Origin: Candidatus Forterrea multitransposorum CG_2015-17_Forterrea_25_41
GTDB taxonomy: Archaea > Iainarchaeota > Iainarchaeia > Iainarchaeales > CSSED10-239
Length of the DNA stretch: 64,000 bases
Direction: 5' to 3'
NCBI GenBank assembly: GCA_009392915.1
Contig: CP045477.1
Location: forward strand, 384,001 to 448,000
Shown one piece after another: positions 10,047 through 19,791 of the stretch. A program made the position numbers and the translations under genes. The notes beneath the pieces were generated by a model, which was not told the origin of the DNA, did not search any database, and saw only the letters and a program-made list of their open reading frames with translations. Every line of letters begins with the position of its first letter. Within the stretch, counting starts at the first letter, position 1.

Positions 10047-10808
10047 TTATCTCCAAAAAATAAATTTTTTATCAGAGTATTTTGAATATAATTCTTTTGT
10101 CATAAATTTTTCTTTTTCAGTTAAGCTAGATGTCATGAAATTAATATTAAAAATTTCCTCAAAACCTTGAACAATTGCAGAAATAATTTTTTCTTTTGGA
10201 ATTGTTTTATAATCATATAAACCACAAACAAGGTCTTTTGCAGATTTTACTTTTTTTTCAAGAAGTTTTTTATCGTCTATTTTTAAATATTTAAACATTA
10301 TTTCACATTCAGGTTTTAAAAGAATAGTACCATGATGCAAAATAACATTATCAACTCTTGTTTGTGCATTTCCAGAAATTTTTTTATTATTAAGTAAAAT
10401 ATCATTTACAGGTTTAAAAGTAGTTTCAAATCCAAGTTTTCTTAGTCCAGCTATAATACCACTGCATATTAAAGCATAAGATTTTTCAACATCTTTAGGT
10501 ATACAAAAATCATCTTCTCTAATAATTAAACTATAATTTATTTCATAAAGAGGAGACTTATAAACAGCCCCTCCTCCTGTAATTCTTCTAAAAATTTCAA
10601 TATTATTTTTACTACATTCTTCAAGATTTAATTCTTTTTTAGCTTCTTGAAAAAAGCCTAAAGAAACAGCAGGTTTGTTCCAAGAATAAAACCTAAGTGT
10701 TGGAAGAGAAGATTTATCTCTAACAGAAGACATAATAGCTTCTTCTGATGCCATTTTATAATAAGAATCTTCTTTATCTTCAAGAGAGATTAACCTCCAT
10801 TTTTTCAT
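10047..10808 (-). CDS. Lipoate-protein ligase / octanoyltransferase family (LplA/LipM-like BPL_LplA_LipB domain)
   Basis: PTLRFYSWNKPAVSLGFFQ and KISGNAQ (the catalytic Lys motif) are characteristic of lipoate/octanoate protein ligases. Confidence 0.7.
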   Translation of the reverse strand: MKKWRLISLEDKEDSYYKMASEEAIMSSVRDKSSLPTLRFYSWNKPAVSLGFFQEAKKELNLEECSKNNIEIFRRITGGGAVYKSPLYEINYSLIIREDDFCIPKDVEKSYALICSGIIAGLRKLGFETTFKPVNDILLNNKKISGNAQTRVDNVILHHGTILLKPECEIMFKYLKIDDKKLLEKKVKSAKDLVCGLYDYKTIPKEKIISAIVQGFEEIFNINFMTSSLTEKEKFMTKELYSKYSDKKFIFWR

Positions 10809-11131
10809 TTATATTCCTCTAAAGCTTCTTTAACATATGACAAATAAACAAAAGAAGGTCCTCCTCCCATTAAAACTGCAACCCATGCAATTTCTAAGAT
10901 TTCCTCTTTAGTATATCCTTTATTTAATGCATTTTTTGTATGAATAAAAATACACCCCTTACATTGAGATTTAATTGCAATACCAAGAGCAACAGCTTCT
11001 TTTACTTTTGAAGAAACTTTTCCATCATTTTCTACAATTTGCATAAAATTTTGAAAAGCATTAATATGTTCTAAATTATTTTTTTTAAGATATATAAATA
11101 AATCATTAAATTTTTGTTCTTCATTTTTCAT
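10805..11131 (-). CDS. Carboxymuconolactone decarboxylase / AhpD-like protein
   Basis: The CKGCIFIHT CxxC..H motif is typical of the AhpD core. It is about 108 aa and overlaps the LplA-like gene by 4 bp. Confidence 0.6.
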   Translation of the reverse strand: MKNEEQKFNDLFIYLKKNNLEHINAFQNFMQIVENDGKVSSKVKEAVALGIAIKSQCKGCIFIHTKNALNKGYTKEEILEIAWVAVLMGGGPSFVYLSYVKEALEEYK

Positions 11132-11144
11132 ACTACAATCACCT

Positions 11145-11543
11145 TTACTTCATTGTTTTATCAAGCCATTCAATAATTTTATCTGCTTTAAATAAATCAT
11201 CTATTTCTTTAATATCAGATATCTTTAATTTAATAATCCAAGAATCATAAGGACTTTTATTTATTTTTTCAGGAGCATCATATAATTCTTGATTTATTTC
11301 AATAACCTCTCCACTTAAAGGAGAAGTTAAATGACCAGACCATTTTAAAGTTTCTAAAGAAACATATATGTCTTTTTTTTTTATTTTTTTAAAATCAAAA
11401 AATTTTATAAATAAAAATTCTTTTAATGTTTTTGCAATAGGTTCAATAATACCTATTGTTGCAATATCTTTTTCTATTTTAATCCAACTTGAGTCTTTAT
11501 TATATAATAAATTATCAGGAAGATCATATTCTTTATATTTCAT
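11145..11543 (-). CDS. gcvH: Glycine-cleavage H-protein-like lipoyl carrier
   Basis: SLETLKWSGHLTSPLSGEVIEINQEL matches the GcvH lipoyl-lysine region (E-S/T-x-K...SP-x-SGEV). Confidence 0.8.
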   Translation of the reverse strand: MKYKEYDLPDNLLYNKDSSWIKIEKDIATIGIIEPIAKTLKEFLFIKFFDFKKIKKKDIYVSLETLKWSGHLTSPLSGEVIEINQELYDAPEKINKSPYDSWIIKLKISDIKEIDDLFKADKIIEWLDKTMK

Positions 11544-11550
11544 AATAAAA

Positions 11551-12807
11551 TCACTTTTTTATTTTATTCTTAATAAAAATAATTATCCCAGTTAAAATCA
11601 AAGCTATTAAAATAACTCCAATAGCAGAAAATATATTATTTAAAAGACCTGGAGAAAAGACAAGCATACCACCTAAAGATAACATCATCATACCTGAAAG
11701 TAATTTTAAGGATTCTCCTTGAGATTGAGATAATTTTCTTGCACCTAAAGTATATGTAAATATTAAAACTATTACAAGTAATGGTAAAACATACATTAAG
11801 TTATAAAATAATAAATAAGAATAATAACTTACATTACTTAATTGATTTAAAACTAATATTTTTGTAAAAACCATAGGGAAACCAGCAGTACATAATAACT
11901 CATAGATGTTTGCTGTTATTGCAAGAACTATTGTTCCAATCATCATTGAAGTCATAGATTCTGCTTTTAAAAGACCTCTCATCTTTGTAATCAAATTTTT
12001 TCTATGATCATCTGAAACTGATAAAGTAATTCCTTTTTTAAAAGCAAAAAAATCTTTAATATTTATAATTGCAATTACTAAAGCTATAATTCCTGCAATT
12101 GTTGTAACAATTGAAATATTTTGTGTGACTTTAAAAAAATTAAGCCATGCTGACATGAATAAAAAATAAATTAAACCAGAAAAGAAAATAAATGTAAGAC
12201 CAATAATTAGCATTCTTTTCTTATTCTTTGCATAAACAAGCATTGATAATAAAAATAATAAAACAAAAAAAGCACAAGGATTAAAACCATCTAAAAAACC
12301 TAAAATTATTGTTAAAAGTGGTAAAGAAACAGAACTTCCATCAATTTTACCAATTAATGGAATATTAAAGGTTTGGGAAGAATTTTGGTTTATGTCTTGT
12401 AAATTATTATCTTGATCTAAATTAATATCATTTACTTCAATTTTTGCATTTTCAATTATACCAATAATCTCATCATTCATTTGAGAGCTATAACCTACAA
12501 AATATTGATCACCTATAAAGGTTGTAGGCACACCCTGAGGTTGAAAACCATGAGATTGTGTTAAATCATAAAAGAGCTCCTGATTTTCAACTGAAGACAC
12601 TTCATAATAATTAATATTTAGATAATCATAATTATTTTCAATAGATGTTAAAAAATTTTTTAATTCTGCACAATGAGGACAAGTATTACTTACAAAAATA
12701 TTTACATCTAAATTGTTTTCTAAAGCATTAACAGATACTGAAAAAACTAATAAAAATAAAAAAGTAAATAAAAATATTTTGTTTAAGATAATTTTTTTTG
12801 TTTGCAT
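11551..12807 (-). CDS. Thioredoxin-domain plus DsbD/CcdA-family transmembrane thiol-disulfide transporter fusion
   Basis: An N-terminal signal/TM is followed by a thioredoxin-like CPHC. Then comes a polytopic domain with the DsbD/CcdA motif GFLDGFNPCAF. Confidence 0.75.
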   Translation of the reverse strand: MQTKKIILNKIFLFTFLFLLVFSVSVNALENNLDVNIFVSNTCPHCAELKNFLTSIENNYDYLNINYYEVSSVENQELFYDLTQSHGFQPQGVPTTFIGDQYFVGYSSQMNDEIIGIIENAKIEVNDINLDQDNNLQDINQNSSQTFNIPLIGKIDGSSVSLPLLTIILGFLDGFNPCAFFVLLFLLSMLVYAKNKKRMLIIGLTFIFFSGLIYFLFMSAWLNFFKVTQNISIVTTIAGIIALVIAIINIKDFFAFKKGITLSVSDDHRKNLITKMRGLLKAESMTSMMIGTIVLAITANIYELLCTAGFPMVFTKILVLNQLSNVSYYSYLLFYNLMYVLPLLVIVLIFTYTLGARKLSQSQGESLKLLSGMMMLSLGGMLVFSPGLLNNIFSAIGVILIALILTGIIIFIKNKIKK

Positions 12808-12832
12808 GTTTACATCACCATATTTAGTTAAA

Positions 12833-13291
12833 CTACATTAATAATTCTAATTCTTTATTTAAAAAAATAATATTTTTATTATTTTCTTTTTTAACAAGAA
12901 CAATATTTTTTTCCTTAAGTTTTTTAATTAGCCTATGAGCTTTTATTTTGCCATATTTTTTTGCTAAAACCAATTGTTCTATTCTACCATTTTTTTCAAT
13001 AATATAACTTAAGAATGATTTTTCTTCAAAAGATAATATAGAATAAATAGTATTTTGATTTGAAAAAATAATTTTATTTTTTTTAGTTAAAGATAAAGAA
13101 TGAAGATAATAAAATAAAGATATTGAAAATATAATGATTAATAATATAAAAATAAAAAAAGTGTTTTGAGAAATAACATTACTACAAGTACAATCTTTTC
13201 CACTTAAATAATCTTTTTCAAGAAATATAAAAAAGATTATAATAGATATAAAAGAAATTATCGAAATTATAAAAGAATATTTTGATTGCAT
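12833..13291 (-). CDS. Hypothetical membrane-anchored protein with C-terminal winged-helix-like segment
   Basis: Two N-terminal TM helices are followed by a basic helix-rich C-terminus (LSFEEKSFLSYIIEKNGRIEQLVLAKKYGK...). The wHTH assignment is weak. Confidence 0.3.
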   Translation of the reverse strand: MQSKYSFIISIISFISIIIFFIFLEKDYLSGKDCTCSNVISQNTFFIFILLIIIFSISLFYYLHSLSLTKKNKIIFSNQNTIYSILSFEEKSFLSYIIEKNGRIEQLVLAKKYGKIKAHRLIKKLKEKNIVLVKKENNKNIIFLNKELELLM

Positions 13292-13371
13292 AATAAAAAA
13301 TAAAGTACAAAAAACTTTAAAAAGAGATGTTTCATAAAAATGAAACTTCTAAAAAAAACAGTTACTATATA

Positions 13372-13592
13372 TTGAAACAAGATTTAAAAATAAAACTATT
13401 AAAAATAAAAATTACTTGACAAGAAAAATAATAAACCTAATTTTAAATATTAAAGAAAATATAAATAAAAAAAGAAGAAATGTTTCTAATGTTTTAAAAA
13501 TTTTAGAAAAGCTTGGTTTTAAAGTTTATTTAACTCCTGAAAGAAGATATAAGCTTGATAAGGATTATAATTATGTAATAGACGGAAAATAA
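13372..13592 (+). pseudogene. Decayed partial copy (C-terminal about 70 codons) of the 9348..10043 paralog family gene
   Basis: The stretch is about 80% identical in nucleotides to 9841..10043. It translates to ...NVLKILEKLGFKVYLTPERRYKLDKDYNYVIDGK*. No in-frame start exists; upstream frames hit stops at 13342-13353. Confidence 0.55.
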
Positions 13593-13786
13593 TTTTTATA
13601 AGTATAATTTAATCTTTTTTAAAATAATTGAACATAAGGTTAAAATAATTCGTAATTATCAATACATATAATATATAAAAATATTTTTAAATATTAGCAA
13701 TAACAGTACCAACAAAATACATTTATTAGGTATCTTTGTTGCCAAAAGCTTCTGGCGGGAATTGAACCTAAAGGGAAAAGTGCTTT

Positions 13787-14743
13787 TTAATATCTAGATG
13801 GTTGAATTAAAGTTATTAAATAATCTTTCTTTAAAGAAGTCATAAGCAATTCAACTCTAAACCCTGTGTCTTGTAATATTTGTACAATTGAACCCATTGT
13901 AAATTTATAAGATCTGCCTATTAATAAAAAATCATCTTTTTCAAGTTTTATTTTTTCAGAACCTATCTCAATATAAATATCATCTTTTAAATAAATGGTT
14001 TGCTCAACCTGATTTAATAAAATATTCCAAGCAACATTATATTCTACTTGATCATCTTTAATTCCAAGATAATGTGGAACAAACATAACAAAATTATAAG
14101 CACCTGTTATTTTATATTTATTAATTATATTATCTGTTTTATAAATATTAGATAATTCTACACCTAATAACATATAATCATCTGAGCCCATTGAATCACG
14201 AATATTAGTAAGAACTCTTTCTCTATTAAAATGATTTCCTAAAGTAGAACCTAAAAAACAAAGTAAATTATTAAATCCATCTTTTTTTAAAGTATAAATT
14301 ATATCTGAAAATTGACCTTGCTCAAAATCAATATTGATAGGTAATATTTCTACATCAAATTTTTTAGATATATTATTTTTAGCTAAATTTAACATAGAAT
14401 TACTTATATCTATAGGCACATATCTAAAAACAATATTATTCTCTTTTAAATAATCTAAAATAGGTAATATTGGCTCACCAGTTCCACAACCAAGATCAAT
14501 AATATTTAGTTTAATATCCTTTAAATCGTAAGTAGATATTATATCTTGTATTCTTTTTTTAAGTAAAACAGATTCATTAGAATTAATTGTATTTTTAGAA
14601 TTAGCTCTTAAATTTGAAATATTAAACCAATTTTCTGCTCCTTTATCTAAATAAGCAAATTTTAATGGTATTTCACCAGTAGCCTTAATAGAGGTAATTA
14701 ATTCAAATTCTTGTTTTTGTGATAACATAAATAAATTATACAT
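13787..14743 (-). CDS. Class I SAM-dependent methyltransferase
   Basis: Motif I is LNIIDLGCGTGEP. Acidic-loop and motif II-like segments follow. Confidence 0.65.
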   Translation of the reverse strand: MYNLFMLSQKQEFELITSIKATGEIPLKFAYLDKGAENWFNISNLRANSKNTINSNESVLLKKRIQDIISTYDLKDIKLNIIDLGCGTGEPILPILDYLKENNIVFRYVPIDISNSMLNLAKNNISKKFDVEILPINIDFEQGQFSDIIYTLKKDGFNNLLCFLGSTLGNHFNRERVLTNIRDSMGSDDYMLLGVELSNIYKTDNIINKYKITGAYNFVMFVPHYLGIKDDQVEYNVAWNILLNQVEQTIYLKDDIYIEIGSEKIKLEKDDFLLIGRSYKFTMGSIVQILQDTGFRVELLMTSLKKDYLITLIQPSRY

Positions 14744-14817
14744 ATACTATTTAAATAATTTTCGGTTAAAATCTATTTTTAAACTTCTTATCGGTAATTG
14801 AACCTTATAAAAAAAAA

Positions 14818-16746
14818 CTATTTTCTAGTTTTTAAAATATTTATCTTATCCCTTAAAGTTATAGCTGCCTCAAAATCAAGATTATCAGAGGCCTTTCTCA
14901 TTTCTTTTTCAAGCTCTATTATCATTCTAGAAACGTCCTTTTTAGGTATTGACTTAACATCCTTAATCTCTGTGTGCTTCTCTTCAATAGGCTTAATGAT
15001 TGTCTTAGGTGTTATATTATTCTTTTTATTATATGCAAGCTGTATATTTCTTCTTCTTTCAGTTTCATCCACTGCTTTTCTAATAGATTCAGTTATTCTA
15101 TCAGCATAAAGAATAACTTTAGAATCTTTGTTTCTTGCAGCTCTACCAATAATCTGTATTAAACTTCTCTGGTCTCTTAAAAAACCTTCTTTATCAGCAT
15201 CTAAAATACCAATTAAACCAATCTCAGGAATATCAAGACCCTCTCTTAAAAGATTAATTCCTACAAGAAGATCAAACTTTCCTAAACGTAATTCTCTTAT
15301 AATCTCTGATCTTTCTAAAGTATTAATCTCTGAATGAAGATATCTTGTTTTTATGTTTTGTTCAGCAAAATATTCTGAAAGTTCTTCTGCAAGTTTTTTA
15401 GTTAAGGTAGTAACCAAAACTCTAAATCCTTTTTTAATAGTTTCATTTATGTTTTTTATTAAATGGTTTATCTGTCCTTCAGACTTATGAATCTCTATTG
15501 GAGGATCAACTAAGCCTGTTGGTCTGATAACAAGCTCTGAAATTAATTTTGATTTTGAAAGTTCATAATCTCCAGGAGTTGCTGACACAAAAATAACTTT
15601 ATTCATGAAATTCTTTTCAAACTCTACAAACTTTAAAGGTCTGTTATCATATGCTGATGGAAGACGGAAACCATAATCAATTAAGTTTTTCTTTCTTGAA
15701 AAGTCCCCTGCATACATTGCTCTTAATTGCGGTAGAGTTTGATGACTTTCATCAATAACTAAAAGAAAATCTTTTGGAAAATAATCAATTAAGGTGTATG
15801 CCCTTTCACCAGGTTTTCTTCCATCAAAATGTCTTGAATAGTTTTCAATACCTGAACAATAACCAGCTTCTCTTATCATCTCTAAGTCATACATTGTTCT
15901 TTGTTTAAGTCTTTGTGCTTCTAAAGCACCCATAGAAGGGAGGACTTCATTTAGTTCTTTTTCAATAGATTCTAGAGCTCTTTGTTTTGAAACATCATCA
16001 ATAACAAAGTGTTTTGCAGGAAAGATATAAAGAGAGTTAATCTTTGATAAAACTTCTCCAGTTATTTTATCAATCTCTGTTATTCTATCTATTTTTTTAC
16101 CAAATAACTCTATTCTTATGATATTTTGTGAATATCCTAAGATTAAATCAATAACATCTCCTTTAACTCTGAATTTTCCTTGTGAAAGCTCTAAATCATT
16201 TCTTTCATATTGTATGTTTACTAAATTTTCTAAAATTTCTTGTCTTGAAACCTCTTGTCCAAGATTAATCTCAAAACCCATTTCTTTAAATTTTTCTGGA
16301 TTTCCTAAAGAATAGATACAAGAAACAGAAGCAACAACAATAGTGTCTTCTCTAGAAGCAATTGATGCTGTAGCAGAGAGCCTTAACTCTTCTATCTTTT
16401 CATTAATCTTTGTGTTTTTTTCTATATATAGATCTCTTTGAGGAACATAACTTTCTGGTTGGTAATAATCATAATAAGATACAAAATATTCAACTTTATT
16501 GTTTGGGAATAACTCTTTAAACTCTCTGTAAAGTTGAGCTGCTAATGTTTTATTGTGTGCAAGAACAAGGGTTGGTTTTTGATGTTGTTCAATGATCTTT
16601 GCAACAGTAAATGTTTTACCACTTGCAGTTATTCCTTTAAGGGTTTGTAGTTTAGTTCCTTTTTTTAAAGAAGCTGATAGCTGTTCAATTGCTTTTCCTT
16701 GATCTCCTGCAGGAGAATATTTTGAAACTACTTTAAATTTATTCAT
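14818..16746 (-). CDS. uvrB: Excinuclease ABC subunit B (UvrB)
   Basis: Walker A is ITASGKT, followed by the UvrB helicase motifs. UvrB hallmarks [12 protein letters not shown] and the UvrB/UvrC interaction domain are present. Confidence 0.95.
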   Translation of the reverse strand: MNKFKVVSKYSPAGDQGKAIEQLSASLKKGTKLQTLKGITASGKTFTVAKIIEQHQKPTLVLAHNKTLAAQLYREFKELFPNNKVEYFVSYYDYYQPESYVPQRDLYIEKNTKINEKIEELRLSATASIASREDTIVVASVSCIYSLGNPEKFKEMGFEINLGQEVSRQEILENLVNIQYERNDLELSQGKFRVKGDVIDLILGYSQNIIRIELFGKKIDRITEIDKITGEVLSKINSLYIFPAKHFVIDDVSKQRALESIEKELNEVLPSMGALEAQRLKQRTMYDLEMIREAGYCSGIENYSRHFDGRKPGERAYTLIDYFPKDFLLVIDESHQTLPQLRAMYAGDFSRKKNLIDYGFRLPSAYDNRPLKFVEFEKNFMNKVIFVSATPGDYELSKSKLISELVIRPTGLVDPPIEIHKSEGQINHLIKNINETIKKGFRVLVTTLTKKLAEELSEYFAEQNIKTRYLHSEINTLERSEIIRELRLGKFDLLVGINLLREGLDIPEIGLIGILDADKEGFLRDQRSLIQIIGRAARNKDSKVILYADRITESIRKAVDETERRRNIQLAYNKKNNITPKTIIKPIEEKHTEIKDVKSIPKKDVSRMIIELEKEMRKASDNLDFEAAITLRDKINILKTRK

Positions 16747-16810
16747 GTTTTTCTTTTTTAAATAATAAGTATATATATTAGTTATTTTAAAAATATAAAT
16801 AGGTTTCTAA

Positions 16811-16831
16811 AGAGGGTAAATGGCCGAGAAA
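16811..16831. promoter_or_regulatory. Copy 1 of recurrent GC-rich 21-bp motif AGAGGGTAAATGGCCGAGAAA, in the uvrB / 16896 divergent promoter region
   Basis: Exact 21-mer, identical to the copy at 20347..20367. It lies about 10 bp upstream of a TATA-like element (minus orientation) preceding uvrB. Confidence 0.5.
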
Positions 16832-16895
16832 ATTAAAAAGAAGAATTTATAAACTTTTTTAATAACTTTATAAATATATTAAATAGGGAATAAAC

Positions 16896-17675
16896 ATGCC
16901 TCAAAGAAGAAATTTACTTAGAAAAAATCCATCCATCTCAGAATCAATTAAAAACACAAGAGAAAATCCAACCAAAAACAGAAGGAAACTAAATGAAACT
17001 TTAGAAAGATCAAAATCACAACAATATGAAGGTTGGAGAGGTTGTGATGGTGGTTTTCAAAGATATAAAGAAGTTTTTAAAAAAAGTTTAAATGATAGAC
17101 CTACTAATTTTCTTTTAGAAGAATTAAAAGTACATAATCCAAATGTAATGATGCTTGGACCTGGAAAAGGACATTATGCAGCTCTCTTTAAAAAAGAGCT
17201 TGAAAGTATTGGTGTTAATATTCACATAGATACGCTTGGCTTTAGTAAAACTATTGATAAAGAATTAATTAGAGATGAATTAATAAGAAAAGATCATTCT
17301 CCACATATTTCAAAAGCAACTGCTTTTGAACATATAAACCCAAAAGAACATCCAAAACTTATAAAAAAAATAAAAGGAAAATATCATCTAGTCATAGGAG
17401 AAAGATCTGTAGGTTTATATGGTGAATCAAAGCCTTATGCTATTTTTCAAACAGCTTTATTACTTGAAAAAAGAGGAAGAGCATTTTTGGACGTGCAATT
17501 TACTAAAGAAACCTTAAAAGATATTGTAGAAGTCTCAAAAAGGATGTTAAGAGCATATAATAAAGCAAACAATACAGATTTAGAGTATAAAATAACTGCT
17601 TTAAAGGACACTTTAGTTACCTCTCAAGATCTTAGAACACAAGCAATATATATTCAAATAGATAGGGTAAATTAG
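16896..17675 (+). CDS. Hypothetical protein
   Basis: A 259-aa ORF with no recognisable motif. Confidence 0.35.
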   Translation: MPQRRNLLRKNPSISESIKNTRENPTKNRRKLNETLERSKSQQYEGWRGCDGGFQRYKEVFKKSLNDRPTNFLLEELKVHNPNVMMLGPGKGHYAALFKKELESIGVNIHIDTLGFSKTIDKELIRDELIRKDHSPHISKATAFEHINPKEHPKLIKKIKGKYHLVIGERSVGLYGESKPYAIFQTALLLEKRGRAFLDVQFTKETLKDIVEVSKRMLRAYNKANNTDLEYKITALKDTLVTSQDLRTQAIYIQIDRVN

Positions 17676-17707
17676 TTATTCTTATTTTAAAAAAAAGTGT
17701 TTTACTT

Positions 17708-18274
17708 ATGATCTTAAATTGGAAATTAATTATAAAAAAATCAAAAGCATTAATGGAAAAACAAACAAAATTAAATAAATCTCCTCCATTGCAACTTACA
17801 AAAATTGCAATAGAAAAAGGAAAAGACTTATCCAAAAGTCATAAAGTGGATAAAAATTTAGTAATAGTCTCTCTCTATTTAGCACACACAATATTTAATC
17901 AACAGAAATCTTCAAAAATAAGAAAAGAACATCCTAAATTAAGTTCTAATTTTGTAAAACCATATTTAAACGAATGGAAAATACCTATAAAAGAGCAAAA
18001 AATAATATTAAATAGTATAGAAGCACATCACGGTAGTATAAAAACAGAAACTAAAATTGCAGAAGTTGTAAAAAATGCAGAATGTTTTAAATTTGTCACA
18101 ATAGAAGGTTCTTTAATATATTTTCACGAGCTTGGTAAAAGAGGTACAAATTATAAAGAAGCAAAAAAGTTAGTTTTAGAAAAAGCAAATGAAAAGTACA
18201 AGTTATTAACATTTAAAGAATGTATTAAAGATGTTGAAGAACAAATGAAGGTTATAAACCATATTTTTAAATAA
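17708..18274 (+). CDS. Hypothetical protein
   Basis: A 188-aa ORF. It has weak HD-like histidines (IEAHHGS); not assignable. Confidence 0.35.
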   Translation: MILNWKLIIKKSKALMEKQTKLNKSPPLQLTKIAIEKGKDLSKSHKVDKNLVIVSLYLAHTIFNQQKSSKIRKEHPKLSSNFVKPYLNEWKIPIKEQKIILNSIEAHHGSIKTETKIAEVVKNAECFKFVTIEGSLIYFHELGKRGTNYKEAKKLVLEKANEKYKLLTFKECIKDVEEQMKVINHIFK

Positions 18275-18286
18275 ATAAAAAGAATC

Positions 18287-18360
18287 AATTTTAACAAAGC
18301 TTAAAGATAATGGGCATATACCTTACCATTATAGATAGCTGATTTTTTAAAAAGCCCTTC
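18287..18360 (-). repeat. Duplicated copy of the 3' end of the GNAT gene at 20383..20456 (about 85% identity over about 70 bp)
   Basis: 18301-18360 (taaagataatgggcatataccttaccattatagatagctgatttttt aaaaagcccttc) aligns with 20397-20456. Its RC reads ...EGLFKKSAIYNGKVYAHYL*. Confidence 0.6.
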
Positions 18361-18365
18361 TAACG

Positions 18366-18382
18366 GTCCGATTTTTTCGGAC
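18366..18382. other. GC-rich hairpin gtccg-attttttt-cggac immediately beside the duplicated segment
   Basis: A perfect 5-bp stem with a 7-nt loop in otherwise AT-rich DNA. Confidence 0.35.
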
Positions 18383-18444
18383 ACTTCGCTTTCTTTTAAT
18401 TAACTATATATCCTACAAGTATATTTATTTTTAAAAAAAATATA

Positions 18445-19206
18445 TCATACAATTATCTTTAAAATTAGTTTTTCAATTATATCTTTATTTATTCTAAGTA
18501 TGCTAGAGACCTGTTCTAGTTCTTCTTTAGTTATATTTGTTTTAAATTTAATCAATCTTTCTTTAATCGTGTGATTTTTTATAAAAGAAATTAAAGTAGA
18601 TATATCTTCTCCAGAATATAAACATAAAGCAACTATATCACAATAATCTTTAATCTTTTTATGTGTTTGACCTCTATTTACTACAGAATTTATCTTAGTA
18701 GCTAATAATAGAGGTGGAGAGGGTAGCCATAATTTTTTATTAAATTCAATTAATTCTGTTCTATATTTTTTATTCTCAAACACTAACTTAACTAAAGGTT
18801 CATCTGCAGGTGCAAATCCAAGTTCATTTATTATTTGTTTGTTAGTTTCTGCAATTAAAAGATCAATATACATAGGAAAAATATTATGAATAGGAGTGGT
18901 GATTGATTCTTCTTTGGTTAGTTCTTTTCCAGTTTCATAATTTATTTCTTTTAAATATCTAAAACTAACTAATTTAAATCCATTTTCTTCTAAAATATTA
19001 GATGTATATTTAAATGATTTTATAGTATTAAACCCTAAATCTACATCTCTTGAACCAATATAATCAGTTCCAAATTCTGATTTATATCTTGAATTTACAG
19101 TTAAATATGTAGCCCAACCTCCAATAATTATAATTGGTTCTTTTAGTTTAGATATAATTATTTTTAAATAATCATAACTAATTTCAGTTTCTTTTTTGTC
19201 GTACAT
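18445..19206 (-). CDS. Pol-beta-superfamily nucleotidyltransferase, AbiEii-like candidate toxin
   Basis: The NTase signature IIGGWATYL...GSRDVDLGF (GS-x9-13-DxD) is present. It overlaps the upstream wHTH gene by 23 bp, as in abiEi/abiEii pairs. Confidence 0.45.
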   Translation of the reverse strand: MYDKKETEISYDYLKIIISKLKEPIIIIGGWATYLTVNSRYKSEFGTDYIGSRDVDLGFNTIKSFKYTSNILEENGFKLVSFRYLKEINYETGKELTKEESITTPIHNIFPMYIDLLIAETNKQIINELGFAPADEPLVKLVFENKKYRTELIEFNKKLWLPSPPLLLATKINSVVNRGQTHKKIKDYCDIVALCLYSGEDISTLISFIKNHTIKERLIKFKTNITKEELEQVSSILRINKDIIEKLILKIIV

Positions 19207-19777
19207 ATTTATTAAGTAGTATATTATATGCTTCTATACATACCCCACCTTCTTTTTTAAGATCAATTAATAATTGAGGAATAGAGACAACCTTGAGTTC
19301 GTTTATTTTATTTGATTCTTTAAAAACATCTTTACCTTTTGAAATGATTAAAACTACATTTCCATTACCAATCAATCCTTTAGTTAAGATTAAATCTTTC
19401 CATTTTACATAATCTTCTTTAGAAATATATGCTTGAAATTTGTGTGGGAATAGATGATGATTAATTATATTTTCAGCAGCATAGGTTGTTAATGCATAAT
19501 CTAAGTTAGTTGTTTTAAAAAAATCAAGTGGATTTGATATATGAAAGTAATATTGTTCATATTTTTTATCTATTTTTATATAATAATCAATAAGTTTATT
19601 GACATCAATAACTTTTGTTTTTTCAATAATCCCTTCATTTTCTAATTTTCTAAGAAATTGAATAGTCCAAGCAATAGAGGTATTTGAAATTTTTGAAAGT
19701 TTATACTTAGTTAAACTTCCATCTGGATTATTTAGAAGAATTTTTATGATTTTTAGATTTTTTATATTTCTCATCAT
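19184..19777 (-). CDS. Winged-helix transcriptional regulator, AbiEi-like candidate antitoxin
   Basis: An N-terminal wHTH (SKISNTSIAWTIQFLRKLENEGIIEK) plus a C-terminal domain. It is paired upstream of the NTase gene. Confidence 0.4.
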   Translation of the reverse strand: MMRNIKNLKIIKILLNNPDGSLTKYKLSKISNTSIAWTIQFLRKLENEGIIEKTKVIDVNKLIDYYIKIDKKYEQYYFHISNPLDFFKTTNLDYALTTYAAENIINHHLFPHKFQAYISKEDYVKWKDLILTKGLIGNGNVVLIISKGKDVFKESNKINELKVVSIPQLLIDLKKEGGVCIEAYNILLNKYVRQKRN

Positions 19778-19791
19778 ATATATATTGGTTA

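Noticed and set aside
13741-13830. Possible minus-strand tRNA suggested by GGTTCAATTCC
   Set aside because: The 5-bp T-stem and acceptor stem cannot be paired (TTAGG vs CCCGC) and no D or anticodon arms are present. It was recorded only as a degenerate T-arm-like motif.
9970-16315. Short overlapping track ORFs (e.g. 9970..10170, 11368..11595, 14798..15109, 14974..15162, 15128..15337, 16118..16315, 17632..17835, 21992..22228, 22235..22585, 26293..26502, 26616..26813, 29722..30195, 31086..31280, 35198..35401, 35617..35814, 40972..41178, 41471..42640, 42769..43053, 43332..43740, 49862..50059, 53144..54136, 55057..55299, 56423..56641, 58348..58563, 62906..63154)
   Set aside because: Each is antisense to or nested in a longer ORF with clear family motifs. 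They are low-complexity, Ile/Phe/Leu-rich translations typical of AT-rich antisense frames.
16811-16831. Motif AGAGGGTAAATGGCCGAG as the 5' half of a class II (Leu/Ser) tRNA or a split-tRNA half
   Set aside because: The TGGCCGAG D-arm-like stretch is suggestive, but no anticodon or T-arm follows in any of the four copies. The positional link to TATA boxes fits a cis-regulatory site better.
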